DNA from: the human T2T-CHM13v2.0 reference genome, Homo sapiens
DNA: 64,000 nt
Direction: 5' to 3' (one strand)
NCBI RefSeq assembly: GCF_009914755.1
Contig: NC_060930.1
Under the pieces are notes generated by a model. It did not search any database and was not told the origin of the DNA. It saw only the letters and a program-made list of their open reading frames with translations. This document shows, piece by piece, positions 40,377 through 55,665 of this stretch. The position numbers and the translations under genes were made by a program. Position 1 is the first letter of the stretch. Every line of letters begins with the position of its first letter.

Positions 40377-42432
40377 CTGGAGAAAGGTAGTAGACAGTCA
40401 GGTAAGGTTTTTTGGACGACTGAAGCTGGTCATTCAAGAGAGAGATGAGTTGCGTCTAATTGTTAAATAATTGGAAATCAACTTGAACTGGTTGAGCACA
40501 CTGGACCAGGACTCTTGCTTTTCCTTGAATACAAGTTTTCTAATGGAAATGGGTTGGAAGCTTTCACAAGTTTCTCTGATTATTAGGTATAGATGTCTTT
40601 AGCTTTGAATTATTTCAGCATACCCCTAGCCTGGAAACAGACCACCAGCACTGACTTTCTATTTCTGTTCTGATGACAATCTCAAGATGTAGATCCTACT
40701 AAAATGAGGTTCAGAGAGAACAGAAACGGTCCAAGTCACAAACCAATAAGTGTCAGAGTCTGGGTTGAAACCCAGGGCTATTGAACTCTACAGGGAATAT
40801 ATGCTGTAAGATTTTAGATGGGAGATTAGAGACAGAAAAAAAAAGTGGCAATCAGAAGGACAAGTAGAAGAAAGAAAATCTAGTCTTGGAAAAAATTTGC
40901 ACACTGGAGAAGATATTCTCCGTGGAGTGGTCACAGCTTAAAATGGAAATGTAAGGACTGAAGATGAAGGCAGTGAGAAGGAAATATAAGACTCAGGAGA
41001 AAAAGATATAAAATATTTAATTTTTTATAATCTTATTCATTGGTTGAAAAGATGTAACTTTCTAGACACTTGAAATCCAAATGTGTTCTGACAACTTCTT
41101 ACATTGTTAGCAGGTGTTACAGGATAAAAAAGAGGGTAGCAGGAAACAAACAGAGCAAGGAAAATGTTGCCAGGTCTGAATCTGAAAAGATCCTCAGGTG
41201 ACAAGGCAAAAAAAATTAAAATGTCATATCCCATAGGAAGCCTATAGCCACAAACCATGCTGGTATCTCTTAATTAAGGAGCTTTCTGCTAGGCATTTCA
41301 AATTGGATCCATATTTCTTTGTCATTGATGTTATGCAAATGTCTGGGTAAGCATCCAGGTCCTAGATCTAAGCATTACTTCTTTTCTTTCATGCAATAGA
41401 GATTTCCATGTCATCCCACCTGCCAAATGGATTCTAGAGCTCCTAAACCTAGAATGGGAAATTACATAATTTTTTTCACTGTTTTGGAATCATCCACAGT
41501 TGAGATCACTGGACAGAAGATCAAAATTGGAGAGACAATGAAGAATGAAGTCTTTCCTTCCTACCCACAGAGGAAGGGAAAGTTTAACAAAAGGAAGTTT
41601 TGGCTAACCAGAAAACCTATATCTTTTGTTTCAATAGTTCATTAAAGTTACTTATTGCAAATGTGAGGTAATTCATTAAACTGTTTTCTCAAATATGTAA
41701 TTCTCTCTGGATAAACTGGTACACCTGTTTAAATATGCAAGCTGCAATTGTGGCACAGGATAATGGGGGAATGAAATGTAATTCATCTGTGAATACAGGC
41801 TGGGTTGTTCAGAGTGCCACATAGATCAAGAGTTTCTGAACACATCTGCGCATCCACATAAACATCACCTACACGCTAATAATCATCTATACAACAACCG
41901 TTTTTTGGCATGAAATATGAATTCCAATTTGCATGCTGATTATTTTGAAGGAAGATTGGCAGAGTGCCTTGGTAAAAGTCACTTGCGTTATACATGTAAA
42001 ATGCTGATTTTCACACATTTCTCATTTTCATACCTGGAATCATTCTTCTCTTTGAATACTCACTGACAAAGTATATGTGAAAAATAATTTAGTCCTTTTG
42101 GCTGGTGTGAGTACAGTGATGTTTACAACTAATTTAGTCCTTTAGTCAACATTTGTGATGTCCCAATAGAAGCCAAACACTAAGGAAACATTCTGGTGAA
42201 ACCAAAGATATTCCCCTCTCCACACTGGGTTTATAATTTGCAAGACAAGAAAAATACAAGTAAATAAATAAATAAGTTTGTTTTAAATCTACTAAACAGA
42301 ATATAAAATGCCCTAGCAAAAGCCATCCTTCTCAACATAAAATATTTCTCCATTGTCTCAAGGAGAAATGAGTAGTGTGTGAATGTAAGGTTCCTCACAT
42401 CTGCCCAGATTTAGGATTATTCAATTATTTTC

Positions 42433-42743
<311 letters not shown>

Positions 42744-44059
42744 TATTCAATTATTTTCTATAGGACAATGTAAAGGTATAATTCAATCCTCAAGGTTACA
42801 GTAATGCCCAGCTGACAATACATTTAAGCAAGGAATTTTGGCCCCAACTCTCTATTCTTTTACCAAGGTTAACGATTTCTACTTATTTTGCCAGGTTGTT
42901 AAGAAAGATTAATAAGGTATTTAAGTCCTTCATAAGAACTAAACAAAAACTAACTGCAGACAACTATCTTTTCCTCCTGAGAGAGAATGTTAATGGCTAT
43001 GAAACTTGGCTCAGTGTTAATGAGATTGGCACAAGGTTTGATTTCTGCAAACTGAATTATGATTAAATTTTACAACTATAAAACACCAAAAAACTAGCTC
43101 TTTAATAGGACAGATGTTTCATTAAGCTTTTGTCTTCAGTGACAACAAAGATTTAAAAGAATACTTGAATCCTCAGATCTCATCTTTCCTTTCAGTTTAT
43201 GACCAAATGTTAGTTTATACCATCATGAAAGACCTCCTCCAAGTGAAGCTTCCTGATTACTGAGCAGGAGGCTCTGAGCTGCCTCAAAATTAGAAAATTT
43301 CCTAATTCTATGTAGACTAAACCCGGCTGTTCCAGACATAGTGCTAGGGATGTAGGCAGCACTCATATTTAACGCAATACTGTACCAAAGGCTACAGCAG
43401 AATGGTGAAAGGAGAAAGCAGTAAACTTGGAGTTAGTAGACCGGAGACATGCTCATTTATTTATTCAACGTATTTTCATATAACACATTCATGTGCTTTG
43501 GGATAGACACCATGAAAGACACAAAAATGTCTACCATATAAGGCAGTATCTAAGCAGAAAATGATTTGATGATAAATACTATAGCAGTGGAGATGACAGA
43601 AATATTTTTCTGGCTCAGGTCATCAATGAAGGGATCATATAACACGCGCATATATGTGCATGCACATATATGGGTGGGGCCCTGAAGCCCCACTTCTGTT
43701 ATTATAAGCAGAGACACGGAGGGTAAAGATTAGGGTTTACATAGAGGGGTTACAACAACAAGTCCCAAGGGTAGGAAGTGGTATATAGAGAAGAGACCAA
43801 ATTTGCTGGGGCAGAGTAGACATCCGATTTTTTTTTCACCTTGACTTCAGGGCTAAGGAATTTAAATATTATTTGGTATATTATTATTAAATTGTCATTG
43901 AAAGACTTTTTTTGCAAAAGATAAGGATGGGGAAAGCTTCCTTGATTTAGAGGGCATTTTGAGGAAATTCATTTGGTCATAAATGCCTAATCCTTTGAGG
44001 CAGAAGGAGGCTACCGCAGTAAAGCAACAAGAAGTGTTACACTCTGAACTATGATGAGG

Positions 44060-45560
44060 CATCCTAAGTTATCTGTCAGATAAAAAGAAAAATCCTCCCC
44101 ACATTTTACATACCACTTCAGCTGCCATCCTCTGTTCCTCTTTACACAAAATTCAAAAAAGATGTCTACAACTACTGTCTCCAATTCTTCTCCTCATTTT
44201 CTCTTGAACCCATTCCAGTTGGGCTTTCACTCCCAACACTCCAATGGGTCTTTTCTCAAGATCACTCTCTTTGATTTCTAAATCCAATGGTCAACTACTT
44301 GACTTATCTACAGCATATGAGTCAGTTTCTTATTCTATCCTTTTTGAAATACTATTTTCCCTTGACTTTCAGGGCACCACAATCTCCTGGTCCTCTCCTA
44401 TATTACAGATCCCTCCTTCTTAATCTCTTTTGACAAATGTTCCTCATCTCAGCAATCTCTAAGTGTTTTCATTTAGAGATATTTCAGGACTCAGTTCTTG
44501 GACTTCTATATTACACTTGTCTCTTGGTGATTTCCTGACTTTAAATACCATATGTATGTTGACAATTCCCAGAGTTCTATTCCCAGATGGACCTATCTGT
44601 TGAACTCCGAAAGCATATATCTGCCTATTTACCAACTTCATCTAGATGTCTAGTAACGATCAAACTAACTCCAAAACCCAAACTAACTCCTGATACTCTC
44701 CCTGACACCTGCTCTTCCCACAGCGTTTCTCATGTCAGTAAATGGCACGTCTATACTTCCAATTACTCGCGCCTAAAGTAATGGTGTCATCTTTGATTCC
44801 TCTTTTTCTCTCATACTCCAAATCCTGTTTTCCTTACCTCAAAATATATTAGGTTTGGATCACTTTGCATCACCTCCACCACTACCACCCTGGTCTAAAC
44901 CAAGGCTGTCTCTGCCTGAATTATTGCAGTAGCTCTTAAGTAGCCCTTGCTCCTACACTCTTATGTCCTTCTCTCCCTTCTCCTACAATATATTATCAAA
45001 ATAGCAGCCAAGGAGATCCTTTTGAAAGATGAGAACATGTTGCTTATCTGTTCAAAACCACCTGGTAGCCACCCATCTCACACAGTGTGAAAGCCAAAGT
45101 ACTAACACAATTTCTCAACCACATCTCCATCATGTTACCTCTCCAACCTCAATACTTCCTTTCTTAGTCTCATTCCAGCCACACTGGCTGCCAGGGAGTT
45201 CTCAGACATCACACACCTACACCAGACCCTTTTCCACTCACTGTTCTCTTTTCCTGGAATCCTCCTCCCCCAGATATCCAGATGCTAATTCTCTCAACTT
45301 CTTCAGGTTTCTGCCAAAATATTTTCTTCTCCATGAGGCCCTCACTCAAGGCACTCCAATATCCTGCTTCATTTTTCCCCATAGCATTTATGACCACCTG
45401 GCATCCTCCACATATACTTATGTATTTACAGTATCTGTCTTCTTTACACAGAATGTAAGCGACATTGGAGCATTAATTTTTTCTGCTTTCACCACCACCT
45501 AAAATAAGGCCTGTAACTTAGCAGATGTTTAATAGTTACTGAATATTAATGAATGAGTAT
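44060..45560 (+). mobile_element. L2 (L2a-like) 3' fragment, about 1.5 kb
   Basis: Pyrimidine-rich L2 phrases (aaatccaatggtca, tttaaataccat, cacctccaccactaccaccctggtc) ending ...taatgaatgagt. Confidence 0.8.
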
Positions 45561-46033
45561 ATAGAGATGGATAAGAAATATAGTGAAGAAAGAACTGATA
45601 GTATTTGCCTTTCTGGTTTGATCATTATTTGTGGCAATTCCCTTCCCCTGTGTGGGTTCCAGTTTCTTCATGATAAACTGAGAGGTTTGGATTAGATGCA
45701 AAGTTTCCTCCAGCTCTGAAAGCCCATGATTCTACTGACACCACACTGGAACCAAAGAAACTAACCAAGCAGAGATTAACATGAACAAAGATTTCTTTAT
45801 GGTCTTAGCCCATGTATATTTTTATAGAAATAAAAATCTAATAGCACACTGATTTTTTTTATTGCAACACTATGGGCACAGCTGAGGCCAATAAAAAAAT
45901 TCAGTGTTTTTAGTTTTCTATTAAAAGAAAGTTTGATCATTATTCAGTTTTTATTCTAGCTATCCACAGCCCCTACTTCCAATCATGGCTTCTGCTGTGT
46001 CACCAGCTCTAGTTCTGTGTTTCCTCATTTCAT

Positions 46034-46046
46034 TGCCACCTAGTGG
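46034..46046 (-). promoter_or_regulatory. Candidate CTCF binding motif
   Basis: Minus strand CCACTAGGTGGCA matches the CTCF core CCASYAGRKGGCR. Confidence 0.55.
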
Positions 46047-48419
46047 AAAATCCAGCTGAGGTTGTTAATGTGGTCTACAACGCAGCAGGCTGAGTTTCAT
46101 CTCCAAAATATAAAATAAAATTGTTCTGACAGCACTCAAAACTGTTTTAATCAAATCAAAATTTTATAAAAATATTTCCTAACGATATGTATAGAAAATA
46201 TTCCCATTTTTCTTTTTAATTTAATTTTTACTTCCAACTGAAAGAGTATTTGTAAAAGATGTACTTGTCAAAAACAACTTAATAAGCAGACTTAATAGTT
46301 TTATGCATAATAGATAGTATGCATTTCCTAAATCACCAGAAACACAACTTTCCAATAGTAATTCTCAAATATCAGAAATAATATTAATCACAGCCTCATA
46401 ATTTATTTTTCCCATGTTATAATTCATGAAACTTATATTGTTTTTACATTTGGAAGTTAGCGTGATTCAATTCTGTGGATGGAGAAAAGTACATATAGCT
46501 TTTCCAACAACGGTTTTACCAGCTCTCACATTTTCTCTGAATCTAGTGAAAATAAACACAGAGCCACGCATTTGATAATATACTTTTTAAACCAGTAAGT
46601 CTGTCCGATTAATCACGTTCCATGTTGGCTTCTTTGGAATATGCTCAGGTAAAAAGAAGGATGGTTTGAATCATATGTTTGTTAAGCCACATAAACTTTA
46701 ATCACCCCTCAAACAAGCCCAAACTCCCAGCATATATCTCTGAAAAGGGAGAAAGGCCAACTTTGTTTTCTAATAGAGCTGTACAAAATAATTCTCCTAG
46801 GCTATCATGCTGACAACAAACAATAAAGAATCTGTCATAAAATAACATGTTTTTATGGTATGCTGCCAGGAAACCAAGCTTTGCAGTGGGATAAATGGCA
46901 CCATCCTAAAATATTGGCACAAAGGAGAATAAAATATATGGGATTTATTGCTTTAAAATCAAACTAACAACATATTACAGCAGTGCATTGGGAAAAAATA
47001 TAAAATGCTCTGAGCCCACTAAGTAACCATGAATGATGAGAAGATGTTTGAGTGGTAGACCATGTGAACAGCTATATCACAAGCCTATGAAAACCCTTTG
47101 AAATTGGCTTCCTTTTTCAACTTAGAAAAGGAAAGGGGATGAAAGATAGGATAGGCAGGGGGAAAATAGCAAACAAGTACCATATAAGTGACTCTTAGCA
47201 TCAGTGATCTATCAAATGTGGTTTCCAATTGCATTTCTTATTATGAAGTTCCTAGGGTTACTTTTTGACATCTGATAATCCCTTTAGAAGGGATATTTTG
47301 CTTTTGATTTATTTACTAAAGAAAAGCAAGATTCGACTCTGAAAAAAGTATTCAATTAATGTAGAGTGTCAAAGATTAGAATGAATGCAATTGCATGAAG
47401 GAAAATGTAAAACCACACTTTTTCTTATTGTTTTTATGGTATTTTTATGCTATTTCATTTTCATTTAAAATTTCTAACATAGTAATATTGAATATTTGCC
47501 ATCTCCAAATTGAGAGAAGGGTGATCTATCAGTATAGTTCTTCTGCCTCTCAGAATATGTCCATATCACTACCCATCACTCTCTAAGTCTTCTAAGGGAC
47601 AGGTAGTCATTGTTCATCTTCAGCAATTGTCAGCAACTTCAGATTTCAACCAAACTGGTGAGAATTCTAAGAAAATAGGCCATAAAATTAAAACAAGGGA
47701 CTAAGGACAACTCATGGACACACAGGCTTTGTCTATGGGTTTCTATGAGTGTTTGACTACCTTCAGTTTTCAAAAATGAGGAACAAAATGGGAACACTAA
47801 CAAAGCTTGAAAAGGGAAGAACTGACCCATCTGGGAATTTCCAAATGAGAGTCCATCTGTCTGAAACATTGTACCTTGTCTTCTCCTAGATGATGTTTTC
47901 ATCCCCAGGACTCCTTTCAGACATCAAATCCCTTAGGAAACATCCCTGGCCCCCACTCTCATGCCTCCCTGCTCTTATCTGAGTGAGGAGATTTTTTTCT
48001 ATGTGCTTCTTAGCATGCAGCACTGGCCACTATCATGGTCCTTATCATGCTATATTGTGATGATTGTTTACTTGTCTCAACTCCTTGTTCTCAACAGACT
48101 GAAGAAAAAGTCTGTGATTTATTTCTCTTTGTATGCCCAATATTTACATACTCAATGAAAGTTTACTAGGTAAATAAGCAAGTTGGATTAATGTCTGAAG
48201 ACATGTTTTATACTGTACAAACTTCTCACTTTTTAAAAATTTATTTGGTTTTTCCTGCAAAGTAAATTCTGAAGGAAAATCACAAATGCCTTTCGAAGTA
48301 AGAATAATGAGATTCTTTATAAGGAAAAATATGTGGTTGCATATATTTTTCTTTTTCCCAAAGGAAAGCTAGTTGGCATAGCAGAAGATAAGGTAGATTA
48401 GAAATGTTGTGCCTAACAC

Positions 48420-48580
48420 TATTTCTTACAAGTTAATAGATCTGTATGAGTTCACTTCCTCAGCTGAGAAATGGAGATAATGCTATCTCTACTTTCCATC
48501 TTACAAGGTTGTTGCAAGAATCAAATAAGTTAATGGGAATAAAAGCATTTCAAAAACTTTGAATTGGTATATTAAGCATA
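48420..48580 (+). mobile_element. MIR SINE
   Basis: ttcctcagctgagaaatggagataat...aaggttgttgcaagaatcaaataag. Confidence 0.65.
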
Positions 48581-50170
48581 TTAAGATGATGTTTTAAAAA
48601 AGTGTAAGTTGGCTTTCCTTACATAGTGTTCTAATTCTTAAAATGAAGTTTGAGAAATACATTTTGGTGAGAAGTTTGAATTTCACATTGTCACTTCCAG
48701 TTGTTAAATGTGGATAGGATTGTTTTGGCCTATAACCTTGATCTAGTTTAGCTATCATTGTCACTGTCACACCTCCACCATCATCAGCCAATGAGGAATG
48801 TTAATGGGCTGTTAGGCTCAAGTCTTTTTTGTGTTTCCTGATAAGGGAGTCAGAATTCAGTCTGAAGGAAGACACTTGTACATGATGATTTCAAATATTT
48901 TTCACATTGGCTATGGTATACTGATTTAGAAAAGCTCCTTGGTGGACCAGAATCAGAATGTAAAACCAGCTGCCAGGTTTCTGGTTACACTCCTGCATGT
49001 GGTAGAATAAAATAGAAAGTAATTGGTACTAACCGGTCTCCACTGTGATGTGAGAATAGAGTTGGCAGAAAAATCTACAATCAGCTCTGACATTATTGGC
49101 AAGGCTATAGTATAATGAAGTAATAGTGAGACTTTAGCTTACTGCTCTGGCAATAAGACAATTTAATAGCATCTTAGCTCACAGAATTTAGTGTTATAAA
49201 GACAAGTATTTTTAATCCAATGAATAAATAAATAAATGTTTAAAATACTTGACTGATGTTTGTAACAGTGAGGAAGTAACCTAAAGTATCTTCCCCTTCA
49301 CCCGTGGCCCAGAAATGAACAGCTATTTGCAGAAGTTCAGTGTTGTCTGAGAACCTTTCCAGTGTCATTGCAAAGATCTTGCTGCACAGAATTTCAAGAT
49401 GGCATAACAGTAGTCCAATCGGCTTTCTAACTCAGCCACTTGAGGTGTGATAACTCATTAAATGAAGAAATACTTTTTCAAGAGTCTACAAGCCAGAGCA
49501 GTAACACGGCAGTTACAAATTGCTTCCCGTCCATCACAGAATATAGAAATTTCACACTACCCTTCACACTAATCACAATTCTTCCCTTGAAAACAAGTTA
49601 TTTGAACAATTCCATTACTGAAATCCCTGATAACCTTTTCTTCTTTGGAGACATGCACAGAAACAATTTGAAATCATTGTATCACCCTGCTACACTCCGT
49701 GATATGGGTTTTGTGACTAGAATTTAACAGCTCCGTGCTAGTATGAGAGAAAGAGAGAGAGAAAGAGAGGTTGGCCTCAAGATTTATTTGTTGAGCTCTA
49801 AATTCCTTTGTTTCCTTCAAAAGAACACTTGTCCTCTAAGACATATTTTCTAAATTCCTATCATAATATTATAAAACATCCTTTTAAAGCATTGCTCAAA
49901 GTATAACAATTCAAAATGATAGAACTATCTTGTACTAGTTGGCACAATTATTGTGTCAACATGTAATTCCTTACCTTTATATCTGGGGATCTCTGCAGTA
50001 AAATCATGAACAGAGCTCTAAAATCCTTCACTTCTACAATACGTCGTGCAAGACCTACTTCTAAATAAATCAATATTATGCATCTATATAACTTTCATTC
50101 TTGTTGACCAGACATCATATGGCTTTCTAACCTCATCTCTCACCACTCTGAAGATAGTATGTCTCACCCT

Positions 50171-50182
50171 CCTCTCTCTCTC

Positions 50183-50229
<47 letters not shown>
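50171..50229. repeat. Compound microsatellite (CT)n-(CA)21 in intron 5
   Basis: CA run 50188-50229 preceded by a CT run. Confidence 0.97.
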
Positions 50230-50230
<1 letters not shown>

Positions 50231-50720
50231 TTTCATATACATATATCATCCAAATCAGCGAGTCCCTAGGCCTTTGAATGTGATCTACTTATTAACTTTT
50301 TCCCTTAATGGTGTTTCCCTCAGCTATAATGTACTTTCTCCTCTCTTTTTGCCAATCCAAATCCTTTCATTTCAAAGTGCATTGCTTCCAAGAAGCATGG
50401 GATTCTTGACTAACTGAATCTGTCACCTACCTCAACCTTACTTTGAATATTTTTATTAGTTATGTGTACACAATATGTGCCACATCAGTATGGCTTTCTT
50501 TCTAAGTTGCCTCAGAAAGACTCTGGGTGCACTAGGTGGGCATGTAACACTTTCCAACTTTAAGCTCCTCAAGACCAGAAGCTATCTACTTAACTTCCTC
50601 TGATTCCAAATTCCATCTGGGACATGCTGCACTCAGCTGATTATCAAAGATGCTTGAGATGTTCATTTTTACCAATCTAGTTTTGCTTTAATCTGCCATA
50701 GTGTGTGGTTTTATACTTAC

Positions 50721-51117
50721 TGGAACAGAAACTTGAGGATTATCTGCAAGTTTTCCCAGCACAGCAAAGCCATCAATGTCAATTGGGCCTCTTGGCTTTA
50801 TAGGTAAAGATTCAATCCTGTTGCAGTCAACAAAAAGAGTAGCACTACTCCTCTCCACGCCAATCATGATCTTATGCCACTGGGAATCAAACAAGGAGGA
50901 CAAATTCGAAAAGGCTGCTGTTTGGAGACTTCCATCCAGTCCCTTGTATGAAAATACAACAGATTGTGTTTGGCCATTAATCTTTATGCCAACTTGCTCC
51001 TTCCCAGAGGAATCCTGAATCTGCCAAATGTTCCAGTTCTTTTTGAGAGTGCTTCCAGTCATTCGAAACGTCGTCAAGAAGGAGTATTCTTCAGGCAGTC
51101 CACTGGGATATAAATTC
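50721..51117 (-). CDS. COL9A1: COL9A1 exon 5 (397 nt; TSPN/LamG-like NC4 core [19 protein letters not shown]...DNPQVSVP)
   Basis: Lies within ORF 50688..51167; tttactcAG|GAAT...GTTCCA|GTAAGT; LPEEYSF and WHKI motifs typical of TSPN domains. Confidence 0.98.
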
Positions 51118-51796
51118 CTGAGTAAAATTTTTAAATAGTAAACATGCATCTTGTTTCCTGTACCCATATGTATTTACCACATTCCCTTTTGAGGCCATTT
51201 TAGATGCCAGACCTATAGAAAAGCTACAGTGTAAAAACCTATGTACCGTTTGTTCTTTCATGACTGTTCATAAAGACCTTTACAGAAGTTCAATCATTCC
51301 TGTACATTCATGGTCCGTCTTAAATTACACATTTTAAAAACACCCTCCCTCATGGCTAAGGAAGGTTCCCAATGCCACATAATCCCAACAATATTACTAT
51401 TTATACTACCCAAAGAGCTACTGTTCAGCAATTTCATCTCAGCCAAAAAATACATTCTTGCAAAGTTCTTGGCAATATTTCATTCACAAGTGAGAGAGGA
51501 GATCATTAGGAATGTAAATCAGCTGTACTAGCTTATGAAACAATTTAATTAAAGCAGCTAGCAGCTTCTAATTGTTTTATTTTAAAGTAGCATGTTAAGA
51601 TTATTTGTTATTTCCATAATTGCTTGGGTATTCCACTCCACAATTATATCCCAGACCCATATAAGTATTTTGAGAACCAGTAACTGAGGACTTCAGGAGC
51701 TTCTTCACACTGAGGATGTTTGTCTTTTTTTAGGGAGTTCAAATTATGATGTTAAAGTAGCAGTTTGACACTGGATATGTGGCAAGGGAAAAGTGA

Positions 51797-52181
<385 letters not shown>

Positions 52182-55100
52182 TAACTCCTTTACTGCTTTA
52201 AATGGCAGAATAAAACCAGTAGTGTCCCTGAGGCATCTCTACCCTATACAGAGACTGTGGTCTGGAGCTGCACCAGCTACCTGGATATTCTTTTGCTGAA
52301 GCCAAGCTGCTAAAAGCTGAAGACTGAACTTTAAAAATCAGCATGTTAAATGTAAGCATCATCTTTCAAGGACTTGAACATTATGTCTTTTTACATTTCT
52401 CCTTCTAAGCGTAGAAAAATTCCTAAGCAAGGAAGAAATGCTAGGCAAACTAAATGCTAATGAATTTTCTGTGCTAAACAATAAAAATTTTATATTTCTG
52501 AGAACAGTTATGGACCAGGACCCAGAATCCCAAATAACCTTCCTTCAAGTCAAATTCTTGTTATGTAGCCCTCTTTAATTTGCTAAGATCTTCTATCTTT
52601 ACTTTGATTTTAATTATAAAACTTTATTATGTCTTATAACAACATAAACAAATCTTTAACTTCTTTTATACAAATATTTTTACAAGCCCTCAATAAAATA
52701 AGTCAACTATCTCAACAAATTTTATCACTTTGTTAGTTTTCTAAAGATAACAAAAAGGTTAACTTTTCATCTGAATACTCTTTCATCATAGAAGTATTTT
52801 TTTTAACCATTACTTTGTAATATGACTGGTTTGTATTTAGGGTATGGGATGAATTATTTTATCCATACATCTTTTTTTCACTGGTGACATGTATTAATCT
52901 TACTGCAAAGTTTTCAGTTCACTACCTATGTTTTATATCCCTCAAGTGTACATTTTAAAATATTCAATATGGAGCTACAGAAAAAAATTATACAAGAACC
53001 ATTGACTGACCTATTTTCCCCATATGAAACTGTCTACTACATGACTCCAGATATTTGTTTTTAATATACTTCCTGTTTATCAATCAGTTTGTCATATTTT
53101 CTTTGACTTTATATTTTTCAGAATTATATCTATTCTGGAATAACCTCTAGAAGAGAAGCTAAGATTCACTATTCACAATAAAATGCACTGCCTATTGTAT
53201 AATTATAAAACCTTATGGAAGTTTGTACATCTTACCTAACTTACCTCAATAAATTTGGAGCTGGGAGATACATTTTCAAAGTTTTACTCAATTGTGAAAT
53301 TGGGCAAGTGTCCATTTAAATTATAAATAGATTATTTTGATTTTTATTTTTAATTAATGATTTGGATTTAACCAGATGCTTAAATAATTTATTTTATTTT
53401 TGTCCAAGATAGTTATTGTTGAAGCATGAGATTTTTTAAAAGGAAGATAAAAATCTAATGCTGCTTCTTCTCTTCCTTAAGCATTATTTTTCCAGGCTTC
53501 AACTATAGATATACTGAGCAAAACTGTAGAATTTAATCAGTTTCCTTTAAAAAGTCTATTTTGTTTCAGTTCTGGAAGTCACAGTAATGTGTTTAGGTGA
53601 CTCTTGTGAAAATACAACCTGAAGTTAACTGAGGGAGTTCTCCCAATTTGTGTTTCATTCAATCTTTCCCACTCAATGAAGAGATTATGTTAAAGGTAGG
53701 AAAGAACATAATGTCTTAATTTATCTCTGACTTGGTGTATGTAATGCCAAAAACTAAAAAAGAAAATAATTAATTTAAAATGATGGAGGGTAGGTTTGAG
53801 ATTGCTAAATGAATACCTCAATTACAGATACATCGTTAAACTAATGGTAGCTGTCTCTTTCTCTCCGTATATATGAAGATAATATATGTGTGTGAATATA
53901 TGTAGAAATAATTTAGATTATCATGTTATTGATCTTTGATCCTTTAAACTAGGCTAGTATAGTAGTCAATATGGTAAGAAGAGAAAATTTATTTTGGTAT
54001 TCATACTAATAAAATATATATGTAGTTGTATATACCTAAGACCACTTAAAAGTCTCACAAGTCTAATTTATAGAACAGTCAGCTCCATTGTCTTTTCTTG
54101 GAATACCCGAAATTCGGTTCTTGCAAATATGCTATGCACATCAATAAGTAAACTTGACAGCATACATAATTTAAAAGGAGCTGTATCTATAAATGATTTA
54201 TTTTATTATATTACAGCCTTCAAAGAGTACCTTAAGTGAAGAATCATAAGGGTTTGAATGAAAGATTAAATAGTCTTTGGACCTTGAAACATTTGTTTGT
54301 GACCTTAACCCAAAAAAGACCGTGTTTTTAAGGAAAATAAACATAACACGTTTGTTAGTGGGAGTTGAGAGTGTAAAACGATTATGCTTAAAATAAGGAA
54401 TAAAAAACAGCAAAAAAAAAGTATGTGTCTCTTAAGTCTTTCAAAAAAAAAATAGAAAAGATAAATAAGGATAAACTGTGACTCTGTCACATTAGTTCCA
54501 TATACCGTAATATTTTCCTCCCACAAAGATCCTGCTAATAGTTTCTTTCACTGTCTCAGAGCCTATGTTCTGTAGCACAGAAAGTCCCTTTATAGGAACA
54601 TTGTCTACACCTCGTATGGCCGAGAGCAATTCCCATCCCTAGTCTCCTTGTCAACCAGCTTTTGAATTGGCAGGACTTGGGAGGCAGATTATAAAGAAAG
54701 GATCCTCTAAGGAGAAAAGACTTTCATATACATGCATTTTCTCCTTCTAGTGCTCTTCACCACTAATAATAAACACTTACCCAATACCAGTGTGGACTGG
54801 GCTCTTGAAGCACTCTCCAGTTATGAACACCTACTCTACATAGCAACCTCATGACAGAGTTACTATTCCTAATTTTAAACTGAGGGAACTGAAGTAAAGA
54901 TAGTCTAAGTACTTTCCCAAGAATAAACTTTACTGTTTACTTGGAATTCCACATGTCTGAGTCTCTAACTTTCCTCCTTCTCTTTTTATTCTCCTACTTT
55001 CTTTTCCTAATTTCTTCCTCCTTCTTTCCTTATCTTTTAACAAGCCTTGACAGTAAAACAAGATTTTTTAGTCCTTATGGGGGCAGGGAGTCAAGGGTAG

Positions 55101-55439
55101 CAAATGTGAGACATTAAATATAGCCTGGGTACATTATTTAGTGACAGCTCTAGACAACAACGAAGATGAGCAGGAGGTAAGGAAGCCACGTGGCATCAAA
55201 TTAATCAATCTCTGAACTTAAGAGTTAATGACAGTACCTCAAACCTTAGAAGAGAAAATCAGGTCAGCACTGAGGACCTCATGTTTTGCTTAATTATTTA
55301 AGAAAGAAAAAACTGAATTTTTAAAGCTTATTTAGCAACACGACTGGCACTTCCATACATGAAAAGAAATTATGAGGAAAAAAAAGTGAATTCACTGTTA
55401 TCATGGTTTTAATCTTTCCAGATGTGAATGGTTTTCCAG

Positions 55440-55665
55440 AGTCAGTATGGAGTAGTGGTTAGAAGTAAAACCTTTGCAACCATTCTGCCTGGGATTCAGT
55501 CCTTCCAGCACATTCCAACCCACTCACCTTATGCAAGTAAATTAAACTTTTGGGGATCCCTGATTTAAGAAAAAAAAGGTTAATAATGACCCTATATCAC
55601 AGGGTTGTGATGAGAATGAAATTAATGTTAATTAGTAAATTTATAGAAAGAGCTCATATAATGTA
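55440..55665 (+). mobile_element. MIR SINE
   Basis: agtagtggttagaag...ctgcctgggattcag...cacagggttgtgatgagaatgaaatt. Confidence 0.7.

Noticed and set aside
45029-45502. 157-aa ORF on the + strand
   Set aside because: Lies in a degraded L2 3' region; no recognisable domain or splice context
50688-51167. 159-aa ORF as a stand-alone gene
   Set aside because: It is COL9A1 exon 5 plus intronic read-through at both ends
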